A stretch of 32,000 bases of DNA from Opitutales bacterium (GTDB lineage Bacteria > Verrucomicrobiota > Verrucomicrobiia > Opitutales > PNEW01): positions 1,110,001 to 1,142,000 of the forward strand of contig CBDCNV010000002.1 of the NCBI GenBank assembly GCA_965219535.1, written 5' to 3'. This document shows, piece after piece, positions 1-9,013 of the stretch; the stretch's first letter is position 1, and each line of letters opens with the position of its first letter. Position numbers and translations under genes: made by a program. Below the pieces are notes generated by a model, which saw nothing but the letters and a program-made list of their open reading frames with translations, was not told the DNA's origin and searched no databases.

Positions 1-1
1 T

Positions 2-712
2 CAAATTACGCGTGTTTCATTTATTGATATTAATGATGATATCGTTCAATTGGAATTTTCCGGTTCTGGCACTTTTCTCGTAACCTTGGACGACGATACT
101 TTTTCTGAACCCGCACGGCCGGTTAATTACACGCAGGAAGTGGACTATGTGAAAGGTTTACCGTCGATCTTCATCAACGGTGCGGATACCACCACCAATG
201 TGGGCTCTTTCGCGGTCAATTCTTTATCTTCTCCGGGAACGCCGATATTAATCGACGGAATCAATTATGATGCCACGGCAAATATTGCCTTCCTTGAAGT
301 GTTGGGAACGGGCATGGCCAGCATCGGGTACGGTAATGTTGTTTTTACTGGCACCAAAGGCAATATAGGCATCAACGCTCCAATTCCCGTCTCAGGTCGG
401 GTGATTATTAACGATATCGATGCCCAGGATAATGCTACACCTTTTCTTCTTTTAGATGAAAGCTCGTCTATTTCTGATCCCTTGGGATCTGAAAAAAGTA
501 TAAGAATTGCGGGTGGCGATCTCTCTCAAACTAATGGGAAAGCAATCATTATCGCCCCAGATTCCAGTAGCGTTGCTGGGTTTATCAATATTATCTCGCA
601 GAATAACTTCAAAGCGGATGGCACCCCTCAGCCACCGCTAACGATCTCAGCTACATTTACCAATACCCAGGACACACCTATTTCAGTAACCACGGAAACC
701 CAAAACTTTTAA
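2..712 (+). CDS. C-terminal part of a large secreted/surface protein; the 5' end lies outside the window
   Basis: The reading frame is open from base 2 (QITRVSFIDINDD...), so the listed TTG at 50 is probably internal. The protein is Thr/Ser/Gly/Asn/Ile-rich and Cys-free, a beta-rich composition typical of adhesin-like or beta-helix-like proteins. No catalytic motif or C-terminal sorting signal is recognisable. Confidence 0.5.
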   Translation, partial: QITRVSFIDINDDIVQLEFSGSGTFLVTLDDDTFSEPARPVNYTQEVDYVKGLPSIFINGADTTTNVGSFAVNSLSSPGTPILIDGINYDATANIAFLEVLGTGMASIGYGNVVFTGTKGNIGINAPIPVSGRVIINDIDAQDNATPFLLLDESSSISDPLGSEKSIRIAGGDLSQTNGKAIIIAPDSSSVAGFINIISQNNFKADGTPQPPLTISATFTNTQDTPISVTTETQNF

Positions 713-804
713 GCTTTACGCGGATATGCGATCACGCGGTTAAGCGCTATTGCGAAAAAAAGTTATTCCAGCTTTCTAGTTTACAGGTACTCTCCCTAAT
801 CTTT

Positions 805-1602
805 TTATGAGGCCGCGGGAGGTTCCGCCGGAGCCGTAGCGGGTTCTTTTTTCACCGGTTTCTTTACCTCAATAAGTTCGATTTCGAAAATAAGCAGTGA
901 GCCCGCGGGGATTTTGCCCTTTGACCGATTCCCATAGCCGAGATCGGGCGGGATATAGAGTTTGGCTTTACCTCCTTCGCGAAGCAATTTTAAGCCTTCC
1001 TTAAAACCGATGATTACGCCACTCATATGAAAACTGGCAGGTGTTCCGCGATCACGTGAACTGTCAAACACCTCACCATTAATAAATGTTCCATGGTATT
1101 GGACCACGACATTATCCGCGGCGGTTGGAATTTCTCCGCTCCCTTTTTCTATAATTTCATAGTATAGACCAGCTTCCGTTTTTGACACTCCACGAATGTC
1201 AAGCTCAGCAAAATAAGCGCGATTTACATTAAGTTTTGCTTTCGCGGCTTCGTCATCGAATCTCGCTTGTTTATCTTGAAAAGCCTTTGCTTTATCTCCC
1301 ACTAATTTTTGTATCGTAGGTAACATCTCTTGAAGATTTTCCGGTTCTTCCGTGCTAAGTGCCCCTCGCCGCATTCCTTTAAGAATGAGATCGATCTCCT
1401 CTTCCGTGTAGCCCATATGGAGTCCCGTCTGTCGGGAAATCATCCAGCCATAAACCTCGAACGCTTCACTATCATTTATTGCCGTAACCTCTTGAGCCGA
1501 TGCGGTATCACTTGCGTCGTTCTGAGCTGATGTTATTCGTAGAACCAACAATAAGCTGGCGGTTAAAATAAAAATAAATTTTAAAGCGTATAGATGAATC
1601 AT
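805..1602 (-). CDS. FKBP-type peptidyl-prolyl cis-trans isomerase (FkpA/Mip-like), secreted
   Basis: The C-terminal FKBP domain reads YHGTFINGEVFDSS...GVIIGFKEGL...GGKAKLYIPPDLGYG...IPAGSLLIFEIELIEV. The N-terminal signal peptide is MIHLYALKFIFILTASLLLVLRITSA. The ORF track starts at a TTG at 1611; the in-frame ATG at 1602 is more likely. Confidence 0.9.
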   Translation of the reverse strand: MIHLYALKFIFILTASLLLVLRITSAQNDASDTASAQEVTAINDSEAFEVYGWMISRQTGLHMGYTEEEIDLILKGMRRGALSTEEPENLQEMLPTIQKLVGDKAKAFQDKQARFDDEAAKAKLNVNRAYFAELDIRGVSKTEAGLYYEIIEKGSGEIPTAADNVVVQYHGTFINGEVFDSSRDRGTPASFHMSGVIIGFKEGLKLLREGGKAKLYIPPDLGYGNRSKGKIPAGSLLIFEIELIEVKKPVKKEPATAPAEPPAAS

Positions 1603-1843
1603 AAGCTGCAAAACTCACAAAATCACGACAAGGGGTCAATTCATTAGTATAATCTGAATAGCGTTATGTGCCTAAAATATGTCTCATCACTAACCGAAAG
1701 CCGACGAGTGACGCTCTATGTATTGTGTAATAATTAAATAAATTTTTGACCCAATCTTTTAACCTACTTTTCCATAAAGTTTCCACCTGTCTAAATAATT
1801 CTCATATTTGTATTTTAATATTTATAATTGGCGCGTATAATAA

Positions 1844-2512
1844 ATGAAAATGACTTTTACCGATTCATTGTGGAAAAGTATAGGGCCTACCTATAATAAT
1901 ATTTTAAAGCATCCCTTTATTCTTGGATTAACGAGCGGTGAATTGAAAGAGGAAGCCTTCCGCTTTTATGTTATCCAGGACGCACTTTATTTAAAAGATT
2001 TTGGGCGTGGTCTCGCTCTTCTCGGCGCGCGCAGTGATGATGATGAAGATTTGATGATGTTTAGTGAGCATGCCAAAACGGCTATCATCGTAGAACGCGC
2101 ACTGCATAAAGGATTCATCGACGCTTGGGGTTTAACCTGGGACGACGTAGAAAATACAGAACCTTCGCCCAATTGCCTGCTCTATACCTCCTATTTGTTG
2201 CGCGTTGTTTATTCGCGTCCCTACTATGAAGCTTTGGGGGCTTTTTTATCCTGTTACTGGATTTACTGGGAGGTGGGTAAAGCCCTGCTTGACCAGGGTT
2301 CACCTAATAAGCTTTATCAGCGCTGGATCGATACCTATGCGGGTGAGGAGTTCGCGCAAACCGTGCGGGATATGCTCGCCACCGTTGAGCGCACTTGTAA
2401 GGCGCTGAACTCAGGCCAAAAGGAGGTCGTAGCAAAGCATTTTGGAATGACCGCGAAGTTTGAATACCTTTTTTGGGATATGGGGTATAGTTGTCAACAA
2501 TGGCCGGTATAA
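1844..2512 (+). CDS. tenA: TenA-family aminopyrimidine aminohydrolase (thiaminase II)
   Basis: TenA/PqqC-like helical pattern: HPFILGLTSGELKEEAFRFYVIQDALYLKDF, plus LSCYWIYWEVGKAL, which contains the Cys position of TenA_C-class enzymes. Confidence 0.8.
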   Translation: MKMTFTDSLWKSIGPTYNNILKHPFILGLTSGELKEEAFRFYVIQDALYLKDFGRGLALLGARSDDDEDLMMFSEHAKTAIIVERALHKGFIDAWGLTWDDVENTEPSPNCLLYTSYLLRVVYSRPYYEALGAFLSCYWIYWEVGKALLDQGSPNKLYQRWIDTYAGEEFAQTVRDMLATVERTCKALNSGQKEVVAKHFGMTAKFEYLFWDMGYSCQQWPV

Positions 2513-2573
2513 ATTTAATTGAAATAAACGTCTTTTGAATGGCTCTTATAAAAAAGTAACCCTTTTTATTTTT

Positions 2574-3503
2574 ATGTATTCTAACTTATTAAAGACATCA
2601 TTTTTTCTAATAGCCGTTTTTTTTGCGGGCGGTTTTCTCAGCTCTGTTTCCACTCCTTTGTCGGGAGGAGAGATTGTTGAATTTGACGCACTCATCGATG
2701 AAATCTTCAGTGGTGAGATTAAAGACGAGGGTATATTCAATAAAAAACTTGAGCATGCGCGGACCTTGGGTGCGTCGCCACAGCTGCTGACGGAAGCAAG
2801 AATGCTTTTCCATATTGTGAATCAGGATTATGAAGGGTTAACTTCCTATTTACCCGAAATAGATAAAGAGTCTGAAAACTGGACACCCGACGAAAGTAAA
2901 ATATTTCGTGACACGGAAAGTTATCAGGGTATGCGATCGGCTATACATGCCTATGATGCTCAAACCAAAAATGATAAAGATGCATTTGAAAAATACTCTA
3001 AAAATGCCTTCTGGCTTGATCCGCGGTTAGCACCACTGCTGACAACTTGGATTCAGGATCATCGAAGAGTAAGTGTCATGTCTAAAATTCAGGTCCCGTT
3101 GGATATGGCTGTTAAGCATTCTAATGGGGACACGACGACACTCGGTTCCCTTGTGAAAGAAAAGAAAGCCCTCTTGCTTGATTTTTGGGCTACCTGGTGC
3201 GGCCCCTGCATTGCCCTTATGCCTGCATTAAAGAAAAAAGCGGAAATCCTCGAACCTCAAGGTATTCTCGTGGCGGGGATGAACACAGAATCAGTTAATA
3301 AAGCGGAGCAATTTAGAAAGAAAGAAAATATTAATTTTACCTGGCTCGTGGAGCCTGATAAAAATCCTTTAAGTCAGCTTCTGTTGATCGATTCGATTCC
3401 TCGCATGGTTTTGATCGATGTCGAGGGTCATGTCCTATTCAATGGACATCCCAATGACCCTTCCCTTCATGATGCGCTCGCAAAATTAGAGGTGAAATTA
3501 TAA
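2574..3503 (+). CDS. TlpA-like thiol:disulfide oxidoreductase (thioredoxin fold) with an N-terminal anchor and an extra helical domain
   Basis: WATWCGPC active site followed by the thioredoxin-fold cis-Pro region (IPRMVLID). The hydrophobic N-terminus is MYSNLLKTSFFLIAVFFAGGFLSS. The ORF track starts at a TTG at 2535; the ATG at 2574 is preferred. Confidence 0.8.
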   Translation: MYSNLLKTSFFLIAVFFAGGFLSSVSTPLSGGEIVEFDALIDEIFSGEIKDEGIFNKKLEHARTLGASPQLLTEARMLFHIVNQDYEGLTSYLPEIDKESENWTPDESKIFRDTESYQGMRSAIHAYDAQTKNDKDAFEKYSKNAFWLDPRLAPLLTTWIQDHRRVSVMSKIQVPLDMAVKHSNGDTTTLGSLVKEKKALLLDFWATWCGPCIALMPALKKKAEILEPQGILVAGMNTESVNKAEQFRKKENINFTWLVEPDKNPLSQLLLIDSIPRMVLIDVEGHVLFNGHPNDPSLHDALAKLEVKL

Positions 3504-3507
3504 GCGC

Positions 3508-4167
3508 TTAAAGCGATTGCAGCCATGTGCCGTTCTCCTTCATCTCCGGACAGAAAATAAGCGAACCCGGTACGACGATGTCCGCTCCCGCTTGACGTAG
3601 CTTAGGAACGGTATGGTGGCGAATCGCGCCGTCGGCTTCTATTTCAAAATCCAATCCTTTATCCTTTCTCAACTGGGTGAGGTCGTGGATTTTTTCACAG
3701 GTACCCTTGGCAACGTCATTGACTCCTTTCACATCGAATCCGGTCCCAAGTATACAGACTAATGCCAACTGCTCCAGGTAGGGTTGAACCAGGGCAACCG
3801 GATTTTCCACACTCAAAGAAATACCAACACTCATGTTCTGGGTCTTTACCGCGTTGATCATTCCTTGTATGTCACTACTGGTATCAGGGTAAAATATCAC
3901 ACGATCGGCACCGGCTTCAGCAAATGGAGAAATCCAACGTTCAGGGTTTTGTGTTATGAGGTGAACTTCGAGTGGTTTGGCTGTCTTAGCTCGAATGCTT
4001 TTAACCAAGTCAGGGAAAAAGAGCAGTAATTTTGCATAAGTACCATCTGCTACATCAAGATGGTATAAGTCAGCGTAAGGATCTACACGTTGAATTTCAG
4101 TTTCGAGGTTCGTTAAATCAGCAGACCACAGGGAAACCGACAGTTTTAGAGCTACATGAGACATCAC
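3508..4167 (-). CDS. Ribulose-phosphate 3-epimerase family protein (Rpe- or hexulose-phosphate-3-epimerase-like)
   Basis: The metal and catalytic residue pattern of the Rpe TIM barrel is present: HLDVADG, LEVHLI, FEIEADGAI, VPGSLIF. The gene overlaps the upstream hydrolase gene by 4 nt, suggesting coupling. Confidence 0.8.
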   Translation of the reverse strand: MMSHVALKLSVSLWSADLTNLETEIQRVDPYADLYHLDVADGTYAKLLLFFPDLVKSIRAKTAKPLEVHLITQNPERWISPFAEAGADRVIFYPDTSSDIQGMINAVKTQNMSVGISLSVENPVALVQPYLEQLALVCILGTGFDVKGVNDVAKGTCEKIHDLTQLRKDKGLDFEIEADGAIRHHTVPKLRQAGADIVVPGSLIFCPEMKENGTWLQSL

Positions 4168-4967
4168 GCTATAGATTTAAGAAAATCGGTTAAATGCTTT
4201 TGAAAGGCGAGCGTATGATTTTCTATACTTTCAATTTTTGAAGGTATTTGAATGAGCCTACCTTGGGGGAGATGCCCAGCCCATGCTTTCGCGAATTCAA
4301 GTGGATGCGTCGGATCCGGTTCATTACCTACGACGAGAGCGGGAATATCCAGTTGCTCTACTTCTTTCCAATCGGCAATTGGGGCATCATTGGGAATTTC
4401 TCTCAACCTCGCCCGACGTTCATAGGGCTTGGGAGATTGAAATTGCTGGCAAAGTGATTCGGCATTGTCCGCCGACTGCCGTTTAATTTTTTCCAGTTCT
4501 GGAGATAGCCTGAATCGTTTCAATCCTTCTTCACTGCCGTACGCTTCCATGGTGTCTGCTATGTAAGGAATGAGTGACAGTGATTCCGGCATCGGTTGAT
4601 CGATCCACGCGGGGCGCATTAGAACGAGGGCTTTTATCTTATTGGGATAAAGGACTGCAAAGCGCGCGGAAACTGCCGCCCCCATCGATATTCCACCCAT
4701 AATAACCTGCTTGATATTAAGATGATTGAGCAGCGCGACGAGATCTTCAGCGAAAGTGGTGAAGTTGAATTTATTATTGGGACCGACAGGTTCGGTCTGC
4801 CCGTGTCCACGGCAATCCCAGACGATCCGTTGATAACCATCGAGAGTTCCACACAGATCCATCGGTTGTTGAAGATCACTTCCCAGGCCGTGTGAAAATA
4901 CGAAGGGCATGCCTTCATCGAGCACTTCATAACAAAATCGGATCCCATCGTGTTCAAAATAACTCAT
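4164..4967 (-). CDS. Alpha/beta-fold hydrolase
   Basis: HG oxyanion motif (FSHGLG), nucleophile elbow GISMG (G-x-S-x-G), and a C-terminal His (ENHTL). Length is typical at 267 aa. Confidence 0.8.
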   Translation of the reverse strand: MSYFEHDGIRFCYEVLDEGMPFVFSHGLGSDLQQPMDLCGTLDGYQRIVWDCRGHGQTEPVGPNNKFNFTTFAEDLVALLNHLNIKQVIMGGISMGAAVSARFAVLYPNKIKALVLMRPAWIDQPMPESLSLIPYIADTMEAYGSEEGLKRFRLSPELEKIKRQSADNAESLCQQFQSPKPYERRARLREIPNDAPIADWKEVEQLDIPALVVGNEPDPTHPLEFAKAWAGHLPQGRLIQIPSKIESIENHTLAFQKHLTDFLKSIA

Positions 4968-4978
4968 ATTCCCATTTC

Positions 4979-5830
4979 CTAATCAATCGTTGGTGAAAAC
5001 CATCTGAATATTTCACCCTGAATGAAATCGAGACTCATATCGACCTGAGATTCTTTCAGGTTGTGCAATACGACGGGCCCGATAAACCCAATTTTTGCAA
5101 GTGCCTGAAAATAGGATTGCCAGTCTAAAGCTCCAGTCCCGGCAGCATAGCTGTTACCCGTTTGTTCTATGGGGATATCTTTAGCATGTGCCATGATGAT
5201 GTCTGGACCGAGCAATTCTACCGCTTCGTCAATCACTTCCCGCATATTCGATAGATCATCAGGTTCAAAAAGATTTGCGCCGTCGATGATGATTTTCAAT
5301 TGCTGTGATTGCATTTCGTCTAATAGTCGGCGGGCTTTTGCAGCCGAATTAATTACATTCGCTTTTTCCGGTTCTATTCCGAGCACCACATTGTTATTCT
5401 CTGCTACAGGTAACAGCGTTTCAAGCGTGGTAATAAGATCCTGCCAGGCTTCCGGTTCGTCGTTATCGGGGTGGCGCCGCCACATGTTTTCAGGATCTCG
5501 GGTTCCGGTGCATAAAGATACGGTAGACGTTCCTATATCCTTGCAACGTTCGATAAGTAAAATCGTGCGGTCGACAAGCTGGTCGCGCATCTCTTTATTT
5601 GGGTGTATCGCGTTAAAAGTTCCCGAAACCGCGATCATCTCCATCGTTCGTTCTTCAAATGATTCGCGCACCCGCTGACATAATCGATCGTCAATAAACT
5701 CGGGTAAGCTTTCTCTGCCGGCACACTGGAGGTTAAAGTGTACCGCGTAAAGATTGTGTGATTTTGTGGTGTCGAGAATTTTTTCGACCGATGAACCACT
5801 GAAGGTTCGAGCAAATATGCCGATTTGCAT
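4979..5830 (-). CDS. Sugar phosphate isomerase/epimerase (xylose-isomerase-like TIM barrel)
   Basis: Overall pattern of the AP-endonuclease-2 / xylose-isomerase-like family (GIEPE..., HAKD). The stop codon (TAG) lies 11 nt upstream of the downstream hydrolase start. Confidence 0.7.
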   Translation of the reverse strand: MQIGIFARTFSGSSVEKILDTTKSHNLYAVHFNLQCAGRESLPEFIDDRLCQRVRESFEERTMEMIAVSGTFNAIHPNKEMRDQLVDRTILLIERCKDIGTSTVSLCTGTRDPENMWRRHPDNDEPEAWQDLITTLETLLPVAENNNVVLGIEPEKANVINSAAKARRLLDEMQSQQLKIIIDGANLFEPDDLSNMREVIDEAVELLGPDIIMAHAKDIPIEQTGNSYAAGTGALDWQSYFQALAKIGFIGPVVLHNLKESQVDMSLDFIQGEIFRWFSPTID

Positions 5831-5832
5831 AC

Positions 5833-6900
5833 TTATTTTTGCGCAATATTGAGATTAAAAATTTCCTGGCGTTGACCACTTACCGAAGCAGCTTCAACTG
5901 CTTCAATTAAGGTTAATGTGGCAAGACCCTCATGCGCGTCAGGATTGACCGGCAAATCATTACGCACCGCATGGGCGAAGTCTTCTATCTGGCGCTTGTA
6001 AGGATTGCTGTGCGCACAGAGAGGCGTATGCCATTCCTCTTTGCAAGCATCGAATACGCGAATTTCACTCGGTCGGTAATAAAAGGGCATAAAAGTTTTA
6101 ATCTCTACACTGCCGTGTTCTCCATGAATGACATAACCTTCCGACCAATCGGAATTAACTTTGACCGTCAGCTCAAAATTGCCAATTCCTCCATGATCAA
6201 ATTCTAATAAGCCATGCCAGGAATGTTGATTAAATTTAAGGGCATGATTGGTGGTGACACCTATAACCTCTCCCCCCAGATAGCGTAAGTTATCGAACAG
6301 GTGTGCGCCATGAGTAACCAGTGAATAGTGATCGATATCGCTTTTAGGATCCGTGGAAGGCTTGACCGCATGTTCACTCGTAATCAAGCGGGGTAGAAGG
6401 GTTTCTTGCAAAGCGGGACGAAAAAGAGTGTCTCGATACCACCCGTTGATTGAAAGTATTGGGCCCAGAGATTCTTTTATGAATCGATGGCTGAATGCGA
6501 TTCCCGGGTCGTGTCGCTTCATCGAACCAACTTGTAGTTTTAATCGCGTTTGTCGTAGTTTCTCTATTAACGCTTCACATTCCCTGGTGTTTACTCCAAG
6601 TGGTTTCTCGACTAAAACATGCTTACCTGCATCCAATGCCTGCATCGACAGGGGAATATGAAATTCATCGGGCGCGGCGATAATGACCGCCTCGATGTCT
6701 GCTTTTTCAAGAAACTCAGCATAATCGGTATATAGATTTTTTACCCCTTGAACCTTCCCCACGGTGGTTAATAAATCTTCCGCTCCATCACAAATCGCCG
6801 TCAACCGTGCACTGCCAACTTTGGCAAGTGCTGGGAGATGGGCAAATTGAGCAATCGTACCGCAACCGAGTAAACCGATTTTTAAAACTGAATCAGACAT
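5833..6900 (-). CDS. Gfo/Idh/MocA family NAD(P)-dependent oxidoreductase
   Basis: N-terminal Rossmann motif KIGLLGCGTIAQFAHLPAL and the EKP motif (VLVEKPLG). It is the first gene of the 4-gene minus-strand operon. Confidence 0.85.
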   Translation of the reverse strand: MSDSVLKIGLLGCGTIAQFAHLPALAKVGSARLTAICDGAEDLLTTVGKVQGVKNLYTDYAEFLEKADIEAVIIAAPDEFHIPLSMQALDAGKHVLVEKPLGVNTRECEALIEKLRQTRLKLQVGSMKRHDPGIAFSHRFIKESLGPILSINGWYRDTLFRPALQETLLPRLITSEHAVKPSTDPKSDIDHYSLVTHGAHLFDNLRYLGGEVIGVTTNHALKFNQHSWHGLLEFDHGGIGNFELTVKVNSDWSEGYVIHGEHGSVEIKTFMPFYYRPSEIRVFDACKEEWHTPLCAHSNPYKRQIEDFAHAVRNDLPVNPDAHEGLATLTLIEAVEAASVSGQRQEIFNLNIAQK

Positions 6901-6977
6901 TATCCTTTAATAAAAATTGAATAATTAAATTAACATTTCACTTCAGATAATCAAGAAATCAGGAATTAATGATATTT

Positions 6978-7111
6978 AACCACGAATGAACACGAATGGG
7001 TACGAACAAGTTGAGAGTAGAAATAACGTTCATATTTCTTTTTTGTGTCCCTTGTACCTTTTGTGGCTAATTAATCTTACCCTTATATTTTATTTGTGTT
7101 CATTCATGGTT
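6978..7111. repeat. Imperfect palindromic element in the divergent promoter region
   Basis: The arm AACCACGAATGAACACGAAT (6978-6997) matches the reverse complement of ATTTGTGTTCATTCATGGTT (7092-7111) at 18 of 20 positions. The arms are separated by about 94 bp, and that interval contains weaker nested complementarity (GGTAC / GTACC). Confidence 0.6.
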
Positions 7112-7236
7112 TTACCATCTGCAGTCCGCATTTATGTATTATCCTATTCAACCTTCCACTTTTGACCAATAAAATAAAACAGTTGTAAGCACGATTTATT
7201 TTAAAGTTAATGGATAGCAAATAATTATAATATTTC

Positions 7237-8979
7237 GTGAGTAGTATTTGGTTAGTTGTAATTGGTGGAGCATTTTTTTTTCTGGGATATCGTTACTATT
7301 CCAAATACATTGCAGAGAAGATATACCAGTTGGATTCCAATTATCAAACTCCGGCACACCAGTTTGAAGATGGAATTGATTTTGTCCCCACGAATAAATT
7401 CATCCTCTGGGGGCACCATTTTACTTCAATTGCCGGGGCGGCGCCCATCGTCGGACCTGCTATCGCTGTCTTTTGGGGATGGTTGCCAGCATTTTTATGG
7501 GTTGTATTAGGGACGGTATTTGCGGCTGGGGTGCATGATTTCGGCACCCTTGTTCTATCAGTCAGACATAAAGGGCACTCTATTGGTACGTTGGCGAACA
7601 GACTCATAGGTCAGCGAGCTAAAATCCTGTTTCTTTTTATTATTCTCATCCTCGTCCTCATGGTAAACGCGGTCTTTGCCTGGGTGATCTCATCACTTTT
7701 TATCGAATTTCCTGCAAGTGTACTCACGGTATTTATGGAAATACCTTTGGCCATCTGGATTGGGTATGCCTACATTAGAAGAAAAAGAGGAATGCTCATT
7801 CCTTCGGTAATCGCCTTAGCGGTGATGTATCTGATAGCGATTCTATCGAGTTACATTCCTGCCCTGCAAATTGATCTCGTCAGGTATTTCGGTGGCGAAG
7901 ATAACGTTGTTCTATTCGGTTTAAATGGAGTTTCCGCAGCATTCTTTGTCTGGATCCTGGTTTTAATGATTTATGTTTACATCGCTTCAACTTTACCGGT
8001 GTGGAAGCTTTTACAGCCAAGAGATTATATTAATTCTCACCAACTCATTGTCGGATTATTGATATTGTACTTGGGTTTGCTCATTACCAATCCAAAGATA
8101 ACCGCACCCGTTGCGAATGTAGATTCCGACGTTTCCTGGTTTCCCCTCCTTTTTATCACCATCGCCTGTGGCGCGATTTCGGGATTTCATGGGCTGGTGT
8201 CTTCCGGTACTTCATCAAAGCAACTCGATAGAGAGACTGATGCCCGTTTTATCGGCTATCTGGGCTCAATCGGTGAAGGCGCCTTGGCATTAATAGCAAT
8301 TATTGCGGTGGTTACTTATTTTGGCAGCAGTGGTGAATTCCTGGAAACTTATAGCAGCTATGAAACCGCCAGCCGTAATTGGAAGAAATCATTTATTGGG
8401 GGTGCCGGTCAGCTAGGCACCGGTCTGCTTATTCCCGCTGAGGTGGCCAGAACATTAGTTACGGTAATCGTTGTCAGTTTTGCCGCCACCACCCTGGATA
8501 CCTCGGTTCGCTTGATGCGCTATATAATTTCTGAATTAGGCAGTGAGTACCAGCTTAATATTTTGACTAAAAAGCACGTGGCTACATCCATCGCGGTGGG
8601 AGCCAGTGCTGCCCTCGTCTTACTGCCAAAGGGGCCGTATGGATTCGGGTCAGGGGGATATTTATTATGGCCTTTGTTTGGCACTTCAAATCAATTGCTG
8701 GCGGGGATTAGTTTACTGCTCGTCACCATTTGGCTGAAAAAGCAAAACAGAAATTATTTCGTGACATTAATTCCCATGATCTTCCTTTTGTTTATGACAT
8801 TTTTGGCTATGATCCAACAGGTCGTCTTTGGCTGGTCGGGATTGGGCGCTGCTGATCGAAACTTGTTTCTCTTTTTTCTGGGTTCAATAATATTGTGTTT
8901 TTCCCTTTGGATATTGTGGGAAGCTTTTAGATCATTAACCAATAAAGTAACATTCGAAGAAACAGAAACCCCCTCATAA
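7237..8979 (+). CDS. cstA: Carbon starvation protein A family transporter (peptide/pyruvate-type)
   Basis: CstA signature WGHHFTSIAGAAPIVGPAIAVFWGWLPAFLWVVLGTVFAAGVHDF. The protein is polytopic throughout. The start is a GTG with no nearby in-frame ATG. Confidence 0.9.
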   Translation: MSSIWLVVIGGAFFFLGYRYYSKYIAEKIYQLDSNYQTPAHQFEDGIDFVPTNKFILWGHHFTSIAGAAPIVGPAIAVFWGWLPAFLWVVLGTVFAAGVHDFGTLVLSVRHKGHSIGTLANRLIGQRAKILFLFIILILVLMVNAVFAWVISSLFIEFPASVLTVFMEIPLAIWIGYAYIRRKRGMLIPSVIALAVMYLIAILSSYIPALQIDLVRYFGGEDNVVLFGLNGVSAAFFVWILVLMIYVYIASTLPVWKLLQPRDYINSHQLIVGLLILYLGLLITNPKITAPVANVDSDVSWFPLLFITIACGAISGFHGLVSSGTSSKQLDRETDARFIGYLGSIGEGALALIAIIAVVTYFGSSGEFLETYSSYETASRNWKKSFIGGAGQLGTGLLIPAEVARTLVTVIVVSFAATTLDTSVRLMRYIISELGSEYQLNILTKKHVATSIAVGASAALVLLPKGPYGFGSGGYLLWPLFGTSNQLLAGISLLLVTIWLKKQNRNYFVTLIPMIFLLFMTFLAMIQQVVFGWSGLGAADRNLFLFFLGSIILCFSLWILWEAFRSLTNKVTFEETETPS

Positions 8980-9013
8980 TTTTAGTGTAAAATATCATAC
9001 AGCTTATAGCGCT

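Noticed and set aside
1612-1843. TPP riboswitch upstream of tenA
   Set aside because: No CTGAGA or ACCTGATCTGGATAATGCCAGCG-like core is present. The region is just AT-rich promoter sequence.
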